NCBI GenBank assembly: GCA_051362555.1
Contig: CM120640.1
Coordinates: forward strand, 14,074,001-14,138,000
DNA from: Lingula anatina
Lineage: Eukaryota; Animalia; Brachiopoda
Length of the DNA: 64,000 nucleotides
Direction of reading: 5' to 3'
Below, piece by piece: positions 1 to 11,493 of this stretch (positions within the stretch are counted from its first letter, which is position 1; each line of letters starts with the position of its first letter). Position numbers and translations under genes: made by a program. The notes below the pieces were generated by a model. That model was not told the origin of the DNA. It made no database searches and was given only the letters and a program-made list of their open reading frames with translations.

Positions 1-395
1 TTCATGACAGTCGGAAGAGGATTGAAATTAATATATTGATCTATGAAAACAGAAAATGGAGTTAACGTGATCCTGAAATTACGCATACTTTGCCATTTCA
101 TTAATAATGATGGCTTTAGGGCCAAGGGAATGCGTATGTATGGCTGGTTGGCGGAGATGTTATACGTGGGCAGGTTTATGTTTTACCCCCAAGATTGCAG
201 ACATTTTCTGCTTTGATTGAACCACCTCAAATCAGATATCGATTCTTGACAAGATAGCATTTGTCAATTTTTTGTTGCTTACAGAATGAATTACGTGACT
301 TTAAAACTGATTCCTCGATTAAGTCTTAATTTTGTAAGTGACATCGACACCATCGCCCATTATTCACAACGCCCGCACAAATGCCCCAGGCTCAC

Positions 396-485
396 CATTG
401 AATTTCGTCTGATGACGAACTTGTTCTTCTCTTGAGCTTCATTGTATCCATTAAACCGGTTAGATGAAACGAAATCGCTCATCAT
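396..485 (-). CDS. Candidate first coding exon (MMSDFVSSNRFNGYNEAQEKNKFVIRRNSM) of a gene continuing beyond the left edge
   Basis: On the minus strand ACCATGATG opens 30 open codons that end at an ATG|GTGAGC donor (phase 0). Product not recognised. Confidence 0.4.
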
Positions 486-2307
486 GGTTAGTTTTAAGCG
501 TGTCTGTACCACTGCTTTCAAGATTAATTAATTCTAAGAATCGCATGGACATCAAAAATCATAACTAACCTTCAGTGGACTGACGCAAAACATAGATTCG
601 CCATTTGTTTCAACAATGCCAACAAAAGTAACACGAATGAACAATAATTCTTGCAATTGCTTTATTGCAATAGTTGGCCGTTTGGTTATTCTATGTTAGA
701 CTTCAATAGGGGCCGTGTCAAAGACAGACATCAAAGAAAACTCATTGGAGGAATGGACGCATTTCAAAAGGTTGACAAATTATAAGAACACAGATGACAA
801 ATGCAACACACGGATAAATGAGTTTTGAATATAAAAAATAGTAAACATGAATGGTAAAGCAATGAAATAGCGAGCCCAAATTACTGGACGTAATTCAATG
901 GACGATTATTGATGTTTGGATAATTTATAGACCCTGCATTTGGGAAAATTGACAAATTATTATCAGTCAAATTATAGACACACATTCGCGTTTCAATAAC
1001 ATTAACCTGGTAAGTTGACGTAATTAATTATAGCAATTTGTTATTCTCACCAAAAGCTGCCAATGCAAGTATGTATAATCCCGAAACTTATAGCGAACGT
1101 AATTGGGCTATAAAAGATCAATTTGACTTACAACTGAGATAAAAGAACCATAATTATTAATTCTGGTTCCAAGCACAAAACCGATAAACTAGGACGACAG
1201 TTATAATCTGATAACCATATTTCTTGGTGCTCTGAGAACTGTATAACAGACACATAAGTCTGTCCTAGTGCATTTTGGATGATTTACAGTATGGGTTCAT
1301 GCAAAAACCCTTATTTCTCCTCTTCTTACTTATCGGAGAGAGTTAGGCTGTACAATGACTTTTGATATACTCTGTACATAATCTACTTTCGACGTTTGGA
1401 AGGCAGCCAATGGACTTAAAGAATGGATCAGACAGGAACCAAATAATTAGGAATAAGAATGTGTACATAACAACTTTTAACAAGTTATTCTACGAATTGT
1501 AATTCTGTCCTATGCACTAATTATTGACATGTTATTTAGAAAAAAAGAAAAAGAAATCATCACACAGAGTTCTTCAAATGAGGCATTCGTTTGTCAAATC
1601 CAACGTGCGCAATGCTGTCTGAAACAAATCTTTCATTTAACAAAACTTCCCCTTGATTTTGTAAACTGCTGTTTTATTGTTAGTTTAAACTTGCGGAATA
1701 ACTTCAAACCTGATAAAAATGTAACTGTTTTTCTTGCGAAAACAAACAGACCTCAAGATGCAAATGAAATCAGTTAATAAAGGGCACGGGTTTTTACAAA
1801 CCCTGTCCAGGTGGAGAAGTCATATAAATACAGATATAAACAAAGAAAACTAAAACATGTAACAGAATAGAAAAAGACCACATACTTCTTGTTAACGCCG
1901 TTTCGAAAACACCAACAACTAGATTTATATTATTAAATTAAGTAGATTTTACTAATGATCGGGAAAGGGGATAATTTCCAACACGTGGATCAATACGGTG
2001 GTTGCCCCGTACTGGCTACTTCCCTGATGGTCTATTTGTGATTTGTGGCAGGAACTGCAGCGCGTTCGCATTGGTTATTAAAGTCGTGACGCAGGGGCAC
2101 AAGTCTTGCACACCTTTCCTACCGGGCCACCCACCGATACACGAGGATGAACACACTACATCACGCCCCTAATCAGGGCAACTTTTCTTTCCAGGAATGG
2201 GTCTACACTGGCGAAATTCTGAATCACAAGCTCCTGGATCGCTTCTGCATTTTATAAGTGCGAAATAAGATTATGTTAAGAACATGAAAAAAATTGTGTT
2301 ATTAAAA

Positions 2308-2558
2308 GACCCCGCTCCCATACCTAGATCGGTCCAGCAGGACCAACTCATCTTCGAGGGGTTTCGCACTGATTTCAGCTTAAGCGGCTCTGATGCCTGG
2401 CACGCCTACTGAAGCTGCTAGGGGGTAATTAACTATCATTTAGCAGCTTCAGTGGGCGTGCCAGACATATAAGCCGCTTAAGTTGAATGCAATTTAGTGA
2501 GAATCCCATCGGAGATGGGTCAATCCTGCTAGATCGATCTAGGTATGGGAATGGGGTC
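2308..2558. mobile_element. MITE family A copy 1, ~250 bp imperfect palindrome (PIF/Harbinger Tourist-like)
   Basis: Ends are GACCCCGCTCCCATACCTAGATCG ... CGATCTAGGTATGGGAATGGGGTC. Inner arms GGCACGCCTACTGAAGCTGCTA / TAGCAGCTTCAGTGGGCGTGCC. Homologous copies at 26745, 33674 and 63224. Confidence 0.85.
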
Positions 2559-3600
2559 TAAGCTTTTTCTGCAAAATCTGAAAATGCACAGTCATTTCTT
2601 CCTGTTATTATCATGCCAACACTCTTTGAAAGATTAACAGGCATACAACGTTTGGAAATTTACCAAGACTTTTGATAGAAAGGCTGTCTGTTTGTATTTA
2701 ATTTCATTTCATTGTCTTTATTTAATCTGTCTGTGTGAAGGGAGGCAGACATGCTGAAGATGCTTGCTGAGATAAAGGTTCAGGCGCCCCAGGGTCGAAC
2801 CAGTGAGCCAGAGATCGTTGTCTAAACGCAGCAGAAAAATACAGTGTCGGTTTTCCATACATCAATCGTGAAAATGATTTCTGGGGCTGTTCATCGGAGC
2901 TGTCGGGGGTTAATTGTGAATCAGTGGTCTGAAAAGCGGGAGAAATAGCTACATTTTTGCTCCAATACATCCGTAATCCTAACCTCAAGATATCTTCCTA
3001 GTCATCCCCATCTCAAGTTTTTCTAAGTGCTAGTTTAATTTGAAGTAACGGCAAACAAAGTGTGCGGTCAGTAGCCTGCACTTAGATAAAACAGTTTATC
3101 AAGTGCGACAAAACATTTGTTTTCTTGCCAGATGGTAATTTCGACTGGTCATTGTTCTTGAGTGCAAAAAGGTTGGTTGACCTAGGCCGACCACATTAAA
3201 TGTAGATCAAAGTAAGTTTTTACTTAAGTGCATTGTTTAGATTTTAGAGTACTTGTGGTGGCATGCCTCCCAAGTTCAAAAGTGTCCACAGGTGAGGACT
3301 TAATTTCAGTCGTCCAATTATCTAATAAGATTTTCTTTCTACACCTCTGAGAAACTCAAACCTTTCTGGGCTTGATTGATTTTGATAACTTTGATTTTTA
3401 CAAATAATTTGTAAATAAACATGGCACAGGCACAATTTATTTTCCTATGCATATTTGCAGTTGATGGTGTCAATTTTTGTATATAATTATGTTGTGTATG
3501 AGCGCGTGTGTGTATGTGTGCGTGTCACTATTGAGTAAAAGAGACACTATTCCCAAATGCAAAATCACACAACTTTAAGTTCTGCTATTTTCTCACTTAC

Positions 3601-4509
3601 GAAATGTAGACATAAGGCCTACAAAGAACACCAAGATTAAAACACGCAAATGCACACCTCTCTATGTGGTTTTGCAAATAAAACAATCGATGTCGTTGAG
3701 GGCAAGGGGATACATGTGTGACCAGTACAACTGGGGATATCCCCAAGGAGAGCACAGGGATGTGCTGACGTGATGGGATTGACCCCACTCTCCTGTAAAT
3801 GGAACCTTAGCTCAGAGAGGCCGCTTTTTTTTTACCAGACCCTGGATCTGGTAAGCGTATTCAGATTTATACCAGCTTCAGATTGTCTCAAGTCAACAAT
3901 GATTAGATCGAATTTTTTTTGCTCTGTTTTATGGTTATTATATTTTCTGTATAGAACCACAACAAAATTGAAACTTTATACCATTATGTTTTGATTAGAT
4001 ACAAAAGTTAATTTTAATCAAACCAGGCCTTTGGTGTTGCAGTTTTGAATAAAGAAAAGTTTGGCATAGTCAAACGACATTTTATGGCGACAACAATCTC
4101 CGGTTTTTGTTTTCTGAGAATTAATACTTTGTAGCTTATTTACAGAAACATTTTAAGTACAAATGTACCGCCATTTTTCACAAGCTCGTACATGTGCACA
4201 CAACTAGAGAAAAAATGACAGAAAAAGAGAGAGGGCCATCAGTGCTACTGAGTATGCACACTTTCTTCAGAAAATTAAATCAATCGCACTTTTCATACAA
4301 CATGGGAATATAATTAAAAAAATCGTGACATTATTTATCTGCTTTTTAGTTCGATGGTTACCACACTAAGAGAAAGATTTTTCGTACAGAATGCAAAGAG
4401 AGTGGTTACATGTAAAGAGGTTTCCTGTGCAAACAGCGCAGCTGTCTTCTTACGATAAATCCTTCACTTCTTCTTGAAGATGATTTTCAGTGAACGGCGT
4501 CTTACTCAT
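3601..4509 (-). CDS. Candidate alternative 5' coding exons (4454-4509 MSKTPFTENHLQEEVKDL; 18-nt micro-exon 3601-3618)
   Basis: CAAAATG start followed by a GTAAG donor (phase 2). The micro-exon is flanked by TTCTTTGTAG and GTAAGT and is open in phase 2. Only splice-signal evidence. Confidence 0.3.
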
Positions 4510-6718
4510 TTTGCCTAGCAGCAGATTAATGTATTTTTGACCTTAACTAACCGACTTAGTTACAGAAATGATTAGATAACCTCGTATTTGCTCTGTCGGG
4601 CGTATTTTCATCGTTTTCCTCTTACCAGGCGAAAAAAATATTTTATGAAAAAAAGTTTTTTCTCTGCAAAATTGACATCGTGAACGTTGTAGTAAAGAAA
4701 TGCTCTCCTGTCAAAAAAGATTATCACAAAATTTGCAATAAATAAAATATTTTCCAATGTTGCCAGTAAAAATCTTTTTAAAATCTCTCCGAAGAGCGAG
4801 AGCAGGTTGGATGAGTGTAACGAGCCTAGTAGTTATTATCTTGTCTCATGAGATAAAACATATACCTCATTAGTACATGCAGGGCAATAAAGCTTTTGTT
4901 AATTAGACATGCGAACACCGGATTACCTTTCTTGTGGTCAACTGCTTCAAGTATGAGCACAGCATATTCGTCCGTCACTTCCTAATCCGACTTGACTAAG
5001 TGCGCACCTCTCATCAATCGGTAAAGTAATGATCTGTTGATAATGTAACCAGTGTTCGCATTTAAACCCCGTCACTCGGAAAATCGCATAAAAAACGGCA
5101 ACAACGCAAGCGAAGCAGATCTTGGAGCCGCCCTGTGAGTAATTGGCAAACTGCATGATCACAAGCTCGAGTGTGTTCCGTTTTTGTCGAAAAGCTCATA
5201 CGTCAATACTCTGATTCTGAGGCCCGCTGTGTTATTTCTGGTTTGTCAGAAAGTATATCAGATTTTATCAGACATTCCCCTTTTCGCCCCCATTATACGA
5301 TGGATACTGAGAGATGAATTCTAAGTAGAGGTAGGGCTGCCCATGACTTATGGCACAAAGGTATCATGCCTTGACTGCTAAAAGTAGTTTTGTGTGTGAT
5401 GTAACGATTGATTGTATGGCATTGTGTGAAGCAGTTTCATTGTTGCTGAACAAACCACGATGGGTCTATTTTTATTGCCGCTGAACCAGGAACATGATAA
5501 AAGATACTTCCAGGCACAATACTGTACTTGTTTAACCATTGACACGCTACCTTTCTATCACTTCTCTACCACGCGTGGCATATTGTAAAATAAAAGAAAC
5601 TACCTAGAAAATAAGAAAAACGAAAAACCACACTATGAATGAGAACACTGGGAGAGATTCTGTGACAATCCCCATTGAGTTACAACAGACACGCCAACTG
5701 CTTTGCGGTTTTTGGCATAAAAAGAGACACATTTCCAAAGGAAGGCAAATCTCGCACTTAAACTCGGACAATCGTGGGACAGTCGTTTCTTGATTGATGG
5801 ACGGGGAGTGTTTCTCTAATGTGCTCAACGTGTATGCTTTTCCAGCAATATCCAACCAAGCATTATCGTCTGATCATACTCTCATTACCAAGTATTATGC
5901 GGTTAAGGAGAGGGGGTTAAAATAATTCCTAAATTGTGTCTTTGTGATGTGAGATAAAACCCACTTCCTATTTTTGTGAAAATTATCTATGAAAGGAGAG
6001 CGATTCTGGTATTATTTTGCGAATAAATCATTTCTTATACAAACAATTTGACTCTACGTAGCATAGGTGAAGTGTGCAAAGTTTTCAACTGAAGGAAGGC
6101 TTGTTTACGCAAAATTCACAGTGTAAGCCGAAAGTTTCTTAGGAAAAGAAACCAGGAGTTCCCGCAGAGCGTTTGTATAACAAATACCACCTGCCCAGGC
6201 CCTCCACGCCAAAAAGCACGTGAGTTGAAGTAAAAAGGTGCAATGCGTTACGTCTCCTGCCGGGTTAACCTCCAACATCCTTTGGTTTTGAGGATGTGCT
6301 CGCACGAAAAAAGGGTTGTATTCTAAGCAGCTCGTTCAGTAGATGGAAATTTGCTGTGTTAACGCTAGAGACAGATAAGACAGATAATTTCCCTTCGTAC
6401 CATTAACTCTGTTTGACTGCATTAAAACCACTTTGATCTCATTGTATAGTACCTCCTTCAGATAGGCACAGATTGGCAGTGACAGATTGGAACCGAGTTA
6501 TTAATGACAATTTAACAAGTCTTTACTGTATGCCGTTGTCCTGGTTCAAGAAAACGAAATTTTTCTTTTCTTTTTCATGGAAAGAAAACGTGGGCTTGGC
6601 GCTGAAATTGGGTTTTCAGAATCACACCTGGTCTGCATTTCCTACTGTTACCTCCTGATCGTATGTCTCTTTGATGCCGCAAAACCCTTCATCTGGCGTA
6701 CTCACACACAAACGCGCT

Positions 6719-6748
6719 CCCGCACGCGCGCGCGCGCACACACACACA

Positions 6749-6782
<34 letters not shown>

Positions 6783-6815
6783 CACACACACAAACGCAGA
6801 AAGAGAGAGAGAGAG
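6719..6815. repeat. Compound (CG)n/(CA)n/(GA)n microsatellite
   Basis: Direct reading. It accounts for the spurious THTH/ERER ORFs here. Confidence 0.95.
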
Positions 6816-7242
6816 AGGAGGAGGACAGTAGTTTATTGTTGTCTTCCACACTCCCAATATACCAACTCCACACTACCGAGTACCAGTGATTGTTCAGTTT
6901 CAACCATATAAGAGGTAGATAAATCAACAGACATGCTACAATTCCGATTAATGTTGATAAATGTACCAAGTGGATAAAGATACTCTATAAGCAACGGGCA
7001 TAAAACACAATGTTAGACTTCTAAGAAACAATTACGGCTGTAAGTTCTGAAAAAGAATGTAAATTATCCATCTGATTCGGACATCTGTTTACTGACCTTA
7101 GCCTACTGTCAGTAAGATCACCCCAAATATAAGACTATATAGGCCTGTAGGCCCTATGTCTGACTAGGAGAAACATATCTACTAGATTTCAATGTTCTTT
7201 TTTTCATTAATTTTCCTTAGTATTCCATAATCGATTAAATAA

Positions 7243-7624
7243 ATGGCGTCCTTTTTGGGAAAAACTCGAACCTCATTGTTGTACATGCACAATGAAAGCA
7301 AACTTAAGGATGACAGACTAAAACGGCCTCGGTTTGCAGAAGATTTCGATTTCAAAAACCTCAGTAGAACCCGAGACCTGCCTGGCTACACCATAGGTAA
7401 AAAAAACTATCGTTTACGCGTTCTGAGTGTTATTTGATCCTCTTTAGGTAGAGGGACTTCAAAGCGACCACAGTTCTAACATCTCTCACAGTGACTTGCC
7501 ACTACCCGACGCAAGCTCTGAAATGCTTACGGAAAGAGCGGAAAGTGCTTGCGAAGAAAAGCCACCGCCTGCACTCTCCAACGCATGGAGTTTCAAAAAC
7601 AGGCCCGAGTTGAATGCGATTTGA
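7243..7624 (+). CDS. Possible small two-exon orphan ORF (7243-7396, 7452-7624)
   Basis: AAATGG start, AG|GTAAAA donor, and an acceptor at TTTAGGTAG leading into an open 57-codon frame, in a GC-richer island. The intron would be only 55 nt and no homology is recognised. Confidence 0.25.
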
Positions 7625-8062
7625 GCAATATATTCGACTCTGTCATTTTTCATACAAATGATGTTTTAATCTTGAAATTGATTATATCTGTTATTGTGCT
7701 CAATAATTATTTTAATTATTTCCTCTTCATGGGCTATGCATTATTTTTCCATCAATCTTCATTCTTTTGTTGGCCATATATTTGTTAAAAGAACTAGCAG
7801 ACCTAAAGCAGTTTTGGCAAGATCTAAAACCCGATCGTACTGATGTCATTTTGTGAAACAGACCCTAGAATATTGAGGGAGGGTAGAGGCAAAGAGGAAT
7901 GGGGAATGGCTCGACAAACATTTTTTGGCGCCAAGTAACCAAGATTAAGCTCTCAGTGTTGCAGGATTCCTTTTATTCTTTATGCCTGACTTGATATTTC
8001 AGTTGAGGCACTACCCGTTCTCTTATTTTCTCTCTTCTGTTTTTATCTCTCCTGCTTCCACC

Positions 8063-8128
8063 GTGTGTGTGTAGGTGTGTGTGTGTGTGTGTGTGTGCGT
8101 GTGTGTGTGTGTGTGTGCGCGCGCGCGT
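8063..8128. repeat. (GT)n/(GC)n microsatellite
   Basis: Direct reading. Confidence 0.95.
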
Positions 8129-8723
8129 GGGGGGGCATATGACTATTCAGAAGAATAGAAAAAAAAAGATAAATGTTCATGTATAACGGCAAAAATATAT
8201 GTACTTAAAGTTGAACTTCGGCTAACTGGGATCTGAGCGTGTGACGCAATATTTCCGCGTCTACATTTGCTTTAATGGACAGGACCCCTCATTCCCCTTT
8301 GATCCCGGTCATTTTTGGGGAAAATGGGACACCCCACCGTAGCGACCCGATTCCTTAGTGTATGACATTCTTAATCAGATAATAACTAGCACTCTTTGAA
8401 GATTGTCTGAAACATGAGATTAATTTACATGCGCAAGCATTGCAAGGTTGCTGTTTGCCAATGGGCTTTCATATACCAGATGAAACCCTGGAAAGCAATC
8501 GGATTTGCCTGGCAAGGTTCATCTGAAAAAAATTCAGGTATATGAATTTGATCACTCGCGTTAAGCCAGTGGCGATCTGTTTGCAAGCTGATTACAATAA
8601 CATTATGACCAATCGAAGTCACTGGCGTGGTTTCGGAGATATTACTTGTTATCATTAATCATTTAAAATTATTATACTTCTGTCATATCGGCTCAGAACG
8701 ACATTATCCAAGTGCCAGAACTT

Positions 8724-8981
8724 TGGCCTGAAATTGGTCTAAACTTTTAGACAAAAAATGTGGTCTTCATCATCACTTGAAGATAAATTCGCAGAAGTCA
8801 ACCTGAATATAAACTAAATATTGATTTGAAACACAAGCCTCGTCTTTCCTGATTAGAAACGGGCGCAATCTTTTATCTTATTTCGACAACTACTAGTTTT
8901 TCTTCGGTCAAAGATGACTGAAATTTTGATCTAAAGATTAGACCAATTTCGAGCCAGTTATTTTGTGAAACAGATCCCAGA
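8724..8981. mobile_element. Degenerate inverted-repeat element remnant (MITE-like)
   Basis: GAAATTGGTCTAA (~8730) pairs with TTAGACCAATTTC (~8940). The end TTTTGTGAAACAGA(T/C)CC is shared with a fragment at ~7848-7866. Confidence 0.45.
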
Positions 8982-11493
8982 TAAACTGTATAGGCTAAAA
9001 ATTAAAAACTAAAATTCCGGGATGAAATAAGAGAAAGTAACTCAAAATTTGACAAATTTTCTTCTTTTCATGTCAAGAAATAAAAGGAGTCCTGTTCATT
9101 AAAATTCATTCTATTAAGACGTTTTTTTTTCATTTGACGTATTACATTTCTGATGTTAAAGCAGAACTAAAACCACGCCTATTATTACAATATTTTGAAA
9201 AAAAAAAAAGAATTCTAAAGAAGTGGAAGAAAATAGTGAGCCTCTTGTCCTTATCAAATGCTTTCCGCTTCCTATTATTCATACCCTCCCATAATAATGT
9301 GACAGCGTATTGTGTTAGTAAATCCATCCCACTTAGCACATTCTGGGAGTTCTCGTCCGCAACTCACCTAGATCTTCCCTCTTTCAAGTTTAAAACCGGA
9401 AAACGCTGTAGGGTAATCCTGTTAGTAATGCCCAACTTTGCACTTTGTGTTTGCACTAGTCGGGTAAAATGTGTATATAGAAATCGCTCTTCGGAGAAAA
9501 GAATTGTGTGCTCGAACGCATCTTGTAGACTCCATTTCTTTGTATACAACATTATTATTATCCTATAGCGCTTTCTCATTGCAAAAGAAAGTTCCCCTTT
9601 CTTTCTTTTCGTATAATCGTCAAAATGATAAGAATGCCTTCTGTGGTTCGAAGTCTCCTGATATGAATATTTTTCTAAGTATTAAAGCATCGCTTTAATA
9701 CAAGATAAGATTTGAACAACGCCTCTTTTTCTTGATGGACTTTATCCCAGGAAAAATAGGTCAAGGTGAAAAATTCGCGTTGGTCGTAAATTAAGCAAGC
9801 CTTTCCCTTTTTAGCTGACGTATCCTACGGATATAGGTCTTACATTTTAGTTTAAAGAAAACGTGACTGAAACTGGTTGATTTATGAGTATTTGTCCATT
9901 TAAAACAGCATGAGAATGAGAGATTTAGGAGCAGTTTCATGGTTTATGTTAAATGTTTCCATCATTCTTGACGCGAATTCAAAGGCATCTCTCCTACTTG
10001 AGTGCTAGTTTCTTTCTACGTAAAAAATACTAACAATAAACACATCACTATACATTAGGTTTGCTCAATTTATTTATTTCAAACCCATTCATGAAATAAT
10101 AGTAATAATAACTGTTTTGCAGTAAATATACATAAAACCTATGGTACCAATTTCGAAAGGCAAACCCTTCATCTCCAGTACTGTACCCGAGATAGTTGGT
10201 GTCGTTTTCGGTTAGCTCTAGTGAATCTCTAAACACATTGGCAACATGCGTCCAACTTCTCACAGGTGAAAGCCTCAACTGTCAGAGCTTAACAATGTTA
10301 TATAACCAGAAATGTCTATATCTTAACATCAGTACTTCTGAGTAACACCTAATTATAATAACAAATATAAATGTATATGAAGCACATTGAAGCATATTAT
10401 GAACACCTTATGACGATGGTATAATGACTTTTTATACATAAAATGCAGTGAATATTACAAAACTACTGCGTTGCAATAATGGTTTACTCAGAAGGAAAAT
10501 TCTAAGTTGCCACGCAACAAAGAAATTCCCTTCTGGGTCAAATACGCACGTCCAGGCTGCTTTATCCTTCATGGTATGATCTCATTTAACTTCACCAAGC
10601 TTAAAATGTATGCAAAATAATTTGGCAACAGGTCGATTTGAGGAGAAAGAAAAACCCAATGTACGCACATGGCCCTAACCATCCGTAAGAAGAACAATGG
10701 AATATGTTACACACTTCACTATCACAACTGACCCCCTAGACCTTCCCCACAACCTTGTTATAACTGTGAACCCCGTGCTGCTCTCTAGTCTCTGCTGGCA
10801 AGAACAGATAGGTGACAATTGCAATAGACAGGCTGGCTGGCTGGACCAATCTCAAAGAAACCCAATAACGCAGCAACTTTAAACATTAAAATTTCTCCCA
10901 TCTGACTTGAGCAAGGTACTTTCCACTTCTTTTTCTTCGTTTTGGTGCTCATTTACAATTCCTGACTATTTTGTTGGCAGTTCATTTTATTTGGTTTCAG
11001 AAGCACTACTTCTGATATCAAAGAGTGTTAATGTCCCCGTAAAATCACTGCACTAGCCTGAGTTATTCAAACAAATTTCATGCCAATATGTTAGCTACAT
11101 CAAACATACCAAAACCGTGGAATATTACTACAAACCCCACAGAAGACAGAGACAGCACCACTATTTCTATCTTTTGGTGATATGAACCTTTGTACACCAA
11201 ATCAATTTTTCATTTAACAATAATAAAATTACGAGTTTCTCAATTTTCATTAGATAGAAAAACAAAAACAAAATAAATTTAGACAGATAAGTACACTAGA
11301 ATAATAGATGTTAGAAATGCTTTGCTTTACTGAACTTGCCTCTCACTGCACAGAGCAACAAGAATACAGTGATGGCATGGACTCTATGTCTTTTTTTAAT
11401 AATACGCTCAGTTCACTCTTACTGACTCCTGAAGTATAAGCCTCAATAATTGTTATATCATCATCATCATCATCACCTCTGTTATGGTGCAAA

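Noticed and set aside
403-475. CTGATGA ... GAAAC resembling a hammerhead ribozyme core
   Set aside because: No stem II closes directly onto GAAA and no stems I/III are apparent. Better explained as a minus-strand coding exon.
1188-1270. Short inverted repeat ACTAGGAC..GTCCTAGT
   Set aside because: Probably a decayed MITE core; too short and has no TSD.
6577-6969. Overlapping ORFs with THTH/VCVC/ERER runs (also 36209-36537 and 49888-50178)
   Set aside because: Translation of microsatellites.
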